45,620 nucleotides of DNA from an uncultured Candidatus Saccharibacteria bacterium. GTDB lineage: Bacteria > Patescibacteriota > JACPGU01 > CAZICA01. Below the pieces are notes generated by a model that did not search any database, was not told the origin of the DNA, and saw nothing but the letters and a program-made list of their open reading frames with translations. The translations under genes and the position numbers were made by a program. Location of the stretch: contig CAZICA010000002.1 in NCBI GenBank assembly GCA_964537705.1, forward strand, positions 1-45,620. Reading direction: 5' to 3'. Of the stretch, positions 25,628-33,156 are shown one piece after another; position 1 is the first letter of the stretch, and the number at the start of each line of letters is the position of its first letter.

Positions 25628-26866
25628 TCATTTTAAATAAGTATTGAATTTTTCCAGCCAATCAAGCATTAATCGAGTTATTAGAAAATTGTTTTTAATA
25701 TAATTTTTCCCATTTTTCCCTAATTCATTTCTTAATTTTTTGTCTTTTAATAATTTTATTATACTTTCTGCAAAACCCGTGTTATCATCAGGTTGATGTA
25801 GAAATCCATTTATTCCGTTTATAACTTGGAGAGGAATTCCTCCAACGTTGGAGGCAACAACAGGAGTTCCTTTATATAAAGCTTCTGCTATTACAAGCCC
25901 GAATCCCTCTCTTTTTGATTTTTGGATTATTACCTCAGATACAGTCTGAAGACAATTTACCAATTTATCACTTTTAATTAAAAGAAGCTTGATATCTTCT
26001 TTATATTTGCTTTTTTCTCGCATCTTTTTAACTTTTTCAAAAATTTCTGGACCCTCAGGATCATCAGGAGCTAGGGATCCAAGAAGAATCAGTTGGCAAT
26101 CAATTTTTTCTCTTACATGTTCAAAGACTTTAATTACACCCTGAGGATCTTTCCATTTATCAAATCTTGAAATCTGAGAAATTATAGGTTTTTCTAATTT
26201 TATATTATATTTTTTAAGAATTTTTTTTATCAAACTTTTGGGGAGTTTTTTATTTTTTAAAGAAAGAGGATCTATTGCAGGATAGATAATATTTTGCTCG
26301 ATTTTAAGATCTTTTTTAATATACTCGGCTTTGGAAACTATCATTCCATCATATTTTTTAATAAATTTTTTTAGATAATCCCAGACTGTAGGAGTTGGAT
26401 TTGAAAGGTCGACATGGCATCTAAAAATCCATGGCTGTTTCTTGTTGTAGAATTCGATCAAGGGGAGAGGTTGGGGATCGTGGATAATAACTAAATCATG
26501 ATCTATGTGAGTAAAAGTAGAGAATCTTTTATTTGTTTCTAAATAAATTTTTTTCTTTTTGTTGGTTAAATTTATTTTTTCTCCTTGAAGTCCATTATGA
26601 AGCATCTTTGTGATTGTAAAGAAATCTGCGGAACCATGAAGAATTCTCCAACCTAGCATCAAGCCAAATTCATTAAAAAGAGGAACTATTGCATTAAGAA
26701 TTTCTGCTACACCGCCCCCTCGATAGGTAGAGCTAATGCAAAGCAAATGTTTTTTTGAGATAGGCTTTATTTTTTGAAAAATTTTTTTTATAATATCTTT
26801 GCCTACAACTTTTTGATATTCTTTTAGATTTTTTGGGCCCATTTGAAACGTTTTAATTACTTGCAT
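25628..26866 (-). CDS. treT: TreT-type trehalose synthase (GT4 glycosyltransferase)
   Basis: Close resemblance along the whole length to archaeal TreT as I recall it: SSTYRGGGVAEIL, FF.ITK..HN.LQG, HDPQP..LIEFY.KK.PW..RCH.DLS.P, PIISQISRFD.WK, DDPEG, REGFGL. Confidence 0.7.
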   Translation of the reverse strand: MQVIKTFQMGPKNLKEYQKVVGKDIIKKIFQKIKPISKKHLLCISSTYRGGGVAEILNAIVPLFNEFGLMLGWRILHGSADFFTITKMLHNGLQGEKINLTNKKKKIYLETNKRFSTFTHIDHDLVIIHDPQPLPLIEFYNKKQPWIFRCHVDLSNPTPTVWDYLKKFIKKYDGMIVSKAEYIKKDLKIEQNIIYPAIDPLSLKNKKLPKSLIKKILKKYNIKLEKPIISQISRFDKWKDPQGVIKVFEHVREKIDCQLILLGSLAPDDPEGPEIFEKVKKMREKSKYKEDIKLLLIKSDKLVNCLQTVSEVIIQKSKREGFGLVIAEALYKGTPVVASNVGGIPLQVINGINGFLHQPDDNTGFAESIIKLLKDKKLRNELGKNGKNYIKNNFLITRLMLDWLEKFNTYLK

Positions 26867-26894
26867 ATTATATCAAAGATTAGGATAAAACCAA

Positions 26895-27599
26895 ATGAAA
26901 ATTCCTTTATGGTTGAAAAGAGAGTTTTATATTTTTTCTAGCATGTGGCTTGAAAGCCTTAAATTTATTGTTGCTGTTTTACTTTCTTTTTTAATTGTTT
27001 GGGGAGCTATTAATTTTCCAGCGGTTTATAAAAATATTAAATTCTGGTTTTTTATAAATTATAAAGGACAAGATGCCGCCTCCTATTGGAAACTTCCTGA
27101 TATTTCTAAAGAACAAGCAGCTATTCCAAATAATTATCTATTTATTCCTAAAATTGGTGTTCAGGCACCTATTATATTTTTAGATACTACCGATGAAAAA
27201 GTAATTCTTGAAAAATTAAAAGAAGGGGTGGTTCATTATAAAGGGACTGCTTTACCAGGAGAGATAGGAAATGTTTTTATTACAGGACATTCTTCCTATT
27301 ATTGGTGGGCTAAAGGGAAATATAATCATGTATTTTCTTTACTCGATAAATTGGTGATAGGAGATGAAATTTATATTAATTACAATCATATAAGATACAC
27401 TTATAAAGTTTTTGAAGTAAAAATAACTCATCCTAAAGATCTCTCTATAATGGAACCTACTTCTGAACCAATTTTAACTCTTATGACTTGTACTCCTTTA
27501 GGAACTAGCTTTAAAAGGTTGGTAGTTAGAGCAAAACAAATAGATCCTCCACCTTCTTTAAATGTTGCTCCTTTAAAGAAAACTCTTCCTGTTCAATAA
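26895..27599 (+). CDS. sortase-family transpeptidase with N-terminal membrane anchor
   Basis: Catalytic His context ITGHSS, TLMTCTP (the TLxTC motif) and a downstream conserved Arg (RLVVRA). Confidence 0.8.
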   Translation: MKIPLWLKREFYIFSSMWLESLKFIVAVLLSFLIVWGAINFPAVYKNIKFWFFINYKGQDAASYWKLPDISKEQAAIPNNYLFIPKIGVQAPIIFLDTTDEKVILEKLKEGVVHYKGTALPGEIGNVFITGHSSYYWWAKGKYNHVFSLLDKLVIGDEIYINYNHIRYTYKVFEVKITHPKDLSIMEPTSEPILTLMTCTPLGTSFKRLVVRAKQIDPPPSLNVAPLKKTLPVQ

Positions 27600-28615
27600 T
27601 TTAGATCAAGAAGAAAAATATTTTCTTTGTTTCCATAAATTAATTTTTTTGTTTCTTTATCAAAAGAAAATAATTCTAAATTAGAAAAAGGATGTTGAGT
27701 AAGAACCATTTCATTTTCTCCGTCTATTTCTATTACCTTTATTTCTTTTTTATTTGCATAAATTATATGATTTTTATCATAAAAGAGAGCTTGCTGAATT
27801 GGATAACTAAATCTTGAGACAAGCTTTTTTTCTTTTGTTTGAGGATTAATTATCCAAAGTTCATTTTCTTTGTTCCAATAAAGTGGTGCTTGGGAGAAAT
27901 CTATTGGAGGAAGGATCTTTTCTTTAAGAAAGATAGAATTTTGGGGCCAAAATGTGTCAATTTTTACAGAAAAAGTTTGATAATTTAAAATTAAATAACG
28001 AGAATTTTCCCAAAAAATTTTCTCAAAAGAATTTAATTTTAATTTTTCCCAGTAAATTGATTGAGTTTTAGTTACTGGGAAAATTTTTGATTGGGACCCA
28101 TCTCTTAAATAAAAAAGCCAGATACCTTCTAAATCTTTTGATTTTGGAATAAAAGCAAGTTTTTTAAAGTCAGGAGAAATTTTAAATGTATTTATTTCCT
28201 TAAGCACTAAAGTAGGGGAGAGATTTTTGGGGAATAGGATTATATTTGAAATTCTCGTTACCAATTCTTCTTGAATTTTAATTTCTTTTTTCCAGGAATA
28301 AAACCCTTCTTTTTTAATTTCTATTTCATAATTCCCAGGAAATAGAACAATTTTATCAGGATAAAATAAAGTAAGAGGCCAAGGTCTTTCCTTTTTATAA
28401 ATTTTTTTCCCCTCGATTAAAATTTCTGCATCAGATGGATAAAATGAGAGATCTAAAATACCTGTTTTCTGAATTTTTTTTGCTTTAAAATTATATCGAT
28501 AACCACAGGCAGCAAATAAAATTAACAAGAGAATAGAAAGTAAAAAAAGAACAATTAAAGAATAGCCAATGAAAATCATGCAGAATTTGAGAATTTTTTT
28601 AATTAGGCTAAACAT
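27593..28615 (-). CDS. membrane-anchored PEGA-domain protein with a beta-propeller-like C-terminal region
   Basis: N-terminal TM segment. PEGA-like segment (DAEILIEGKKI...GNYEIEIKKEGFYSWKKEIKI). The gene overlaps the upstream gene by 13 nt. Confidence 0.5.
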   Translation of the reverse strand: MFSLIKKILKFCMIFIGYSLIVLFLLSILLLILFAACGYRYNFKAKKIQKTGILDLSFYPSDAEILIEGKKIYKKERPWPLTLFYPDKIVLFPGNYEIEIKKEGFYSWKKEIKIQEELVTRISNIILFPKNLSPTLVLKEINTFKISPDFKKLAFIPKSKDLEGIWLFYLRDGSQSKIFPVTKTQSIYWEKLKLNSFEKIFWENSRYLILNYQTFSVKIDTFWPQNSIFLKEKILPPIDFSQAPLYWNKENELWIINPQTKEKKLVSRFSYPIQQALFYDKNHIIYANKKEIKVIEIDGENEMVLTQHPFSNLELFSFDKETKKLIYGNKENIFLLDLNY

Positions 28616-29883
28616 ACTTTATTCCTTCCTGATTTTTTAGCTTTATACATTGCATTATCTGATGCTTTTATTAAATTTGATTTATCTTTAGCATCTAAAG
28701 GAAAAGTAGCTACTCCAAAAGAGAGTGTCACTTTAATTCTTCTTCCTTGGATATAGAAAGGAGCGCGTTCACATATCTTTCTTAATTTTTCAGCAATAAA
28801 AAATGCTTCTCTTTTAGCTTTGTTAGGAAGGATGATAACAAATTCTTCACCTCCATAGCGAGCAACAAATCCTTCTTTTATTTCCTGAGTTAAAATAGTG
28901 GCTATCTTTTTAAGAATTTTGTCACCTTCTGGATGGCCATAGGTGTCATTAATTTTTTTAAAATGATCAATGTCTGCCATTATTAAAGATAATGGTCTTT
29001 TCTCTGAAAAATTTAGTTCATAAGATAGTCTTTTTTGAAAAATTCGATGGGTGAAAAGATTGGTAAGGCCATCTAAAATAGCAAATTCATAAAGTCTGGT
29101 GTTAAAAATTGAAATGGTTAATTGATCCGCTAAAGCGCTTAATAAATTAAGATCTGTTAAAGAAAATGGCTGATTGCGTTCAACAGAAATTGTTCCTATT
29201 TTTAAATTTTTAAATATAAGAGGAACTGCTATAAAGGAATTAAATTCAAGAAAAGAAATTTTAAATCGAGGGTCTTTAATTAAACTTGGAGAATAAATTT
29301 GATTGCCAGTTTCTAATAGATAAGCGGCTATAGAATTTTTTGGTAGAATTAAATTTTTTAAAAATTTATCTTCTATTTCGGATTTGCTTTTAAGAAAAAA
29401 TTTACTGAAACCCTCCTTTTTATAAATTATTGTTATTCTTTTTGCTTTAAATATAAGGAAAAGTTGGTTTAAAAATTCATCAATAATTTTATCTATTTTA
29501 AGGATCCCTTTAAGAGCACGATTAATTTCTGCTAACTTTGTGAGCAAGTATTTTTGTTCTCTTTCTTTGTCAATTATTTTTCCAAAAGTGAGTCCTATTA
29601 ATAAAAAGAGGATTAAAGTTACAAATAAATCCAAGGAAAAAGGAGCTCTTTTTTGGATCTGGATTAATAGAAGAGGAAAGTATAAAGAAGAAGCTAAAAG
29701 AGAAATAGAAAGACTCCCATTTAGTCCAAAAAAATAACCAGAAAGGATAATTGGGAGAAAGAATAAATTTCTATAAAGATAAAAATAAGGAAATTTTAAA
29801 AGTTCAACTTTATAGATTAAAAAGGTGATAGAAATGAATAAACAAGAAAGGAAGAAAAATTTGTAAAAATCCTTTATTCCCAT
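28603..29883 (-). CDS. diguanylate cyclase (multi-TM, GAF-like and GGDEF domains)
   Basis: LTNLFTHR, DIDHFK.INDTYGH..GD, RYGGEEF and ALYKAK..GRN-like motifs. N-terminal hydrophobic helices. Confidence 0.8.
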   Translation of the reverse strand: MGIKDFYKFFFLSCLFISITFLIYKVELLKFPYFYLYRNLFFLPIILSGYFFGLNGSLSISLLASSLYFPLLLIQIQKRAPFSLDLFVTLILFLLIGLTFGKIIDKEREQKYLLTKLAEINRALKGILKIDKIIDEFLNQLFLIFKAKRITIIYKKEGFSKFFLKSKSEIEDKFLKNLILPKNSIAAYLLETGNQIYSPSLIKDPRFKISFLEFNSFIAVPLIFKNLKIGTISVERNQPFSLTDLNLLSALADQLTISIFNTRLYEFAILDGLTNLFTHRIFQKRLSYELNFSEKRPLSLIMADIDHFKKINDTYGHPEGDKILKKIATILTQEIKEGFVARYGGEEFVIILPNKAKREAFFIAEKLRKICERAPFYIQGRRIKVTLSFGVATFPLDAKDKSNLIKASDNAMYKAKKSGRNKVCLA

Positions 29884-30668
29884 ATTAAAAAGTATCTAAA
29901 ACAAGTGATAATTAGATTTCCAATATAGCATCCGATAAGATTTTTTGTTTTAAGAATAATACCAGAGAAGAAAAAACCCATAATTAATAAGTAAAAAATA
30001 GTTGCAATCATAATTTCAAAACGATCTGTAAATAAAGGATTTGTTAAAAATGGCCCGATAAATAAAATAGTAGAAAGAAGAGTAGCTTGCCAAAATTTGA
30101 AACCAATTTTTAAAAAATTTTGAAATAAAAAACCTCTAAAAAATAATTCCATTCCCAAAGAACCAAATCCTGCTTCCAGAGGAAAAAAACTTAGAAGATA
30201 GGTGAAGGAAAAAGGTTGAGGAGAATAAGTGGAAGAAAGAGCAAGGACAAAAATTAAATGGCCTAAAATAAGAAAACCAGCAAAAATCCCTCCAAAAAGG
30301 GAAAGAAAAAAATTTTTAAAATTAAGTCCTAATTCTTCAATTTTTAAAGAAAAGATAAGAAAAGGGATTAAAAGAAACAAAAAAGGTTTATAAAATCCTG
30401 TTAAAAAAACAATAATTAAAGCCAGATAAAAGAAAATAGCTTTAAATGACCATTTTAAAAAATAAATTAAAGGGATTAGAAAATAAATAAAAAGATGGAA
30501 TAAATTTAGATAGAAAATTTTCTGATTGGTTAATCTTAGGAGATGCTCAATAAGGATGTTAAAGATCCCAATAGAAAAAAGGAGAAAAAAATGAAAAGAC
30601 CAAAGAGAAGGAGGTTTTAGAAGATTTCCTTTAAAATTTTTATTAATTTTTTCTAAAAGGATTAGCAT
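29874..30668 (-). CDS. CPBP (CAAX/Abi)-like intramembrane protease homologue, probably degenerate
   Basis: Multi-TM protein with a GMELFFRGFLF motif. The His residues of the two downstream CPBP motifs are not visible; YIGN occupies the place of HxxxN. Confidence 0.5.
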   Translation of the reverse strand: MLILLEKINKNFKGNLLKPPSLWSFHFFLLFSIGIFNILIEHLLRLTNQKIFYLNLFHLFIYFLIPLIYFLKWSFKAIFFYLALIIVFLTGFYKPFLFLLIPFLIFSLKIEELGLNFKNFFLSLFGGIFAGFLILGHLIFVLALSSTYSPQPFSFTYLLSFFPLEAGFGSLGMELFFRGFLFQNFLKIGFKFWQATLLSTILFIGPFLTNPLFTDRFEIMIATIFYLLIMGFFFSGIILKTKNLIGCYIGNLIITCFRYFLIWE

Positions 30669-30676
30669 TTTAAATA

Positions 30677-30691
30677 ATTATATCATATAAT
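30677..30691. promoter_or_regulatory. back-to-back -10 boxes for divergent leaderless transcripts
   Basis: The plus-strand TATAAT at 30686-30691 lies 6 nt before ATG 30698. The minus-strand TGaTATAAT, with its -10 at 30682-30677, lies 8 nt before the ATG at 30668. Neither gene has an SD. Confidence 0.5.
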
Positions 30692-30697
30692 AGAGCC

Positions 30698-31324
30698 ATG
30701 GGAGAAAAAGAAATTTTAATCCAAGAATTAATAGAAGGGGGCTATCTTCATACAAAAAGAATAATTGATGCTTTTAAAAAAATCGATCGGAAAGATTTTG
30801 TCCCAGCAGAAGAAATAGAATCAGCATATGAAAATATTCCTCTTTCAATTGGTTTTGGACAGACAATTTCCCAACCTTTAACTGTTGCTTTTATGCTTGA
30901 ACTTTTAGATCCAAAGCCTGGGGAAAAGATTTTGGATATTGGTTCTGGATCAGGATGGACTAGTGCTCTTTTAGCTTATTGCGTAGGAGAAAAAGGTAAG
31001 GTTTATGCAATCGAGCGGATTCCTCAATTAGCAGAATTTGGAAAGAAAAACATAGCAAAATATAATTTTATAAAGAAAAAAAGAGTTGAGGTATTTTGTA
31101 AGGACGGTTCAAAAGGACTTGAGGAAAAGGCACCCTTTGATAAAATTCTTTCAGGGGCGATGGCAAAAGAAGTTCCTTTAGCTTGGAAAAAGCAATTAAA
31201 AATAGGAGGAAAGATAGTTACACCATTGAATGGTAGTATATTTTTATTAGAAAAGATAGATAAAGAAAATTTTAAGGAAACAGAATTTCCTGGTTTTGCT
31301 TTTGTTCCTTTGATCGAGGGTTGA
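30698..31324 (+). CDS. pcm: protein-L-isoaspartate O-methyltransferase
   Basis: GQTISQP, LDIGSGSGW.SALLA and the overall PCMT pattern. Confidence 0.85.
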   Translation: MGEKEILIQELIEGGYLHTKRIIDAFKKIDRKDFVPAEEIESAYENIPLSIGFGQTISQPLTVAFMLELLDPKPGEKILDIGSGSGWTSALLAYCVGEKGKVYAIERIPQLAEFGKKNIAKYNFIKKKRVEVFCKDGSKGLEEKAPFDKILSGAMAKEVPLAWKKQLKIGGKIVTPLNGSIFLLEKIDKENFKETEFPGFAFVPLIEG

Positions 31325-31393
31325 AGATTTTTAAAAATTTGGATAAAATAGAATATCTACCTTAAAAATTTAAAGAAAAGGAGGTGATTTCGA

Positions 31394-31876
31394 TTGAAAG
31401 CGATAAGAAAGACCAAGTTAGAAGTAGGGGAGATCGAAATACCAGTAAAGATTTTTCCCTTGTTCGAGGAGAAAAAACTGCCCCAATTAAGACAGATTCA
31501 TAAGAGTTGCTCTCAAGAGCCAAGAAAGGTATTTTTATGTAAAAATTGTAAAAAAGAAGTGAAAAAGACCTATACTTATAAAGAGCCAAAGTGGATTTGT
31601 TCAAAGTGTAATAAAGAAGTTGAAGTAAAAGAAGCTTTATTCTGTCCTAATTGTCAGAAAGAATTGAAAAATAAAGATTTAAAAGAAGTTTATTTAATCG
31701 AAGATAAAATAATAGAGCTGAAAGAAAATGAAAGAAAAGAAATAGAGAAAGAGTTTCCTCCAAAAGATAAGATAAGAACAGTTAATATCATTTTTGGAGA
31801 GATTAATTTTGTTTTTGTAAAGGAGTTATATGCTTTGGTTCCTGATACTCGGAAACGAGAAGAGTTAGCAGGATAG
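31394..31876 (+). CDS. ku: Ku (NHEJ DNA-end-binding protein) homologue, N-terminal part with extra CxxC pairs; ends at TAG 31874-31876
   Basis: KAIRKTKLEVGEIEIPVKIF...LRQIHKSC matches the bacterial Ku N-terminus (RAIWKG.ISFGLVN.PVK.Y...H.). TTG start with AAGGAGGTGA 7 nt upstream. Confidence 0.75.
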   Translation: MKAIRKTKLEVGEIEIPVKIFPLFEEKKLPQLRQIHKSCSQEPRKVFLCKNCKKEVKKTYTYKEPKWICSKCNKEVEVKEALFCPNCQKELKNKDLKEVYLIEDKIIELKENERKEIEKEFPPKDKIRTVNIIFGEINFVFVKELYALVPDTRKREELAG

Positions 31877-31893
31877 AACTTTTAAAGAGAATT

Positions 31894-32298
31894 TTGGCAG
31901 AAGAAGGGATGAGTTTGGTTGTTGATTTTCTTCTTTCAAAAAGCTATTACAGAGGGTTTATTACTTCTAAATTAGGAATTAAATTAGGAATTCTTGTTTT
32001 AGCAAGTTTTAACGAAATTGACTCCATTTGTCATCCTGAGTTAAAAGAGATAGAATTACCTTCCGAGTTAGTAGAGTATGGAAAAGATGTATTCTTTAAA
32101 TTAGCAAAAAGAAAATTTGATCCTGATCTTACTTTGTATCCTTGGAAAGTCGCGCTTCAGAAAAAAATAAATGAAAAACTTCAAAAGAAAGAATTTGTAC
32201 CTCTTCCTCCTTCTAAAATAGATCCAGAAGAGATAAAAAATTTAACCGAGAATTTAAAGAAAAATTTAAAGAAAATGATCCAGAATAGTTTAAAATAA
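31894..32298 (+). CDS. ku: Ku homologue, C-terminal part in a different frame (open from 31846)
   Basis: ..ELLKRILAEEGMSLVV.. and KFDPD..Y...ALQKKINEKLQKKE match the central and C-terminal Ku pattern (KAY.LL.EAL...G ; F.PE.Y.D.Y...L...I..K). The nominal TTG start has no SD. Confidence 0.7.
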   Translation: MAEEGMSLVVDFLLSKSYYRGFITSKLGIKLGILVLASFNEIDSICHPELKEIELPSELVEYGKDVFFKLAKRKFDPDLTLYPWKVALQKKINEKLQKKEFVPLPPSKIDPEEIKNLTENLKKNLKKMIQNSLK

Positions 32299-32300
32299 AT

Positions 32301-32330
32301 TCCGAGGTTTTCCTCGGATTTTTGTTTTTG
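32301..32330 (+). terminator. rho-independent terminator
   Basis: Stem TCCGAGG (32301-32307) pairs with CCTCGGA (32312-32318), followed by TTTTTGTTTTT. Confidence 0.75.
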
Positions 32331-32490
32331 AAATTAAAACCACACGGGCAGGGTCACTCCGGACACCTCGGGTAATTTGAAATTTTTCTAAAAAGAATGA
32401 AGCAATCTAAAAAACTTTTCCATTTTGCATGGGCCTTCTTGGAATAATCAAGATAAGTTAGAACACAAGTTATTGCGCATTACTTTTTTC

Positions 32491-32520
32491 TTGACAGCTT
32501 TTTATTAATATTGATAAAAT
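32491..32520 (+). promoter_or_regulatory. sigma-70-type promoter with extended -10
   Basis: TTGACA (32491-32496), an 18-nt spacer ending in TGa, then TAAAAT (32515-32520). Confidence 0.65.
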
Positions 32521-32543
32521 TAACTTACCGATCGGTAAGTTAA
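32520..32543. promoter_or_regulatory. perfect 24-bp palindrome, candidate TetR operator
   Basis: TTAACTTACCGA|TCGGTAAGTTAA is exactly self-complementary. It abuts the -10 box and ends 2 nt before the TetR ATG. Confidence 0.6.
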
Positions 32544-32545
32544 AC

Positions 32546-33139
32546 ATGGGAAGGTTTATTAAACAAACAGATATTATCCAAAACACTAAAAATTATATTA
32601 TTAAAACATCCCGCCAACTTTTTTCAAAATTTGGCTATCTTGGCGTTTCTATGAGTGATATTGCTAAAAAGCTAAATATTACCAAAGCAGCGCTTTATTA
32701 TCATTTTACCAGTAAGAAAGAGATTTATGAGAAGGTACTTGATAATGTATTTAATGATTTAATTTCAACTATTACTCAAGCATTAAAAGAAGATACCGCT
32801 TATAAAAAATTACGCAAATTAATCGAAAATTATATAAACTTTGGTCTTAAAGAAAAAAATTTTATCAGAGCATTAATGCTAAGAGGGGCCCCAACTGACA
32901 GGATAACAAAGTGTATTTCCCAATCACAAGAACGAATTATTAATCTAGTTCAATCAGTGATTGAAGAAGCACTCGAAAGTAAAAAATTAACCAAAAAAGT
33001 TGATATCAGATTTTTAACCTCTTTATTTATTGGAATGATGAATGGACTTCTTTTGGAATATTCTTTCTTTAACAAAAAAATAAATTTAGCGAAAATACCA
33101 GATCAAATTATCGCTTTTCTTTTAGGATCGATTAACTGA
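32546..33139 (+). CDS. TetR/AcrR-family transcriptional regulator
   Basis: N-terminal HTH region (LFSKFGYLGVSMSDIAKKLNITKAALYYHF.SK..I). Confidence 0.85.
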   Translation: MGRFIKQTDIIQNTKNYIIKTSRQLFSKFGYLGVSMSDIAKKLNITKAALYYHFTSKKEIYEKVLDNVFNDLISTITQALKEDTAYKKLRKLIENYINFGLKEKNFIRALMLRGAPTDRITKCISQSQERIINLVQSVIEEALESKKLTKKVDIRFLTSLFIGMMNGLLLEYSFFNKKINLAKIPDQIIAFLLGSIN

Positions 33140-33156
33140 TTTTAAGGAGTAATTGG

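Noticed and set aside
31362-31604. Minus-strand 80-aa ORF
   Set aside because: It is antisense to the Ku N-terminal coding region.
32397-32447. 16-codon ORF (MKQSKKLFHFAWAFLE) upstream of the TetR/radical SAM pair, considered as a RiPP precursor
   Set aside because: It has no SD and no promoter. It lies upstream of the TetR promoter rather than in the operon and has no Cys, Ser or Thr-rich core. The evidence is insufficient.
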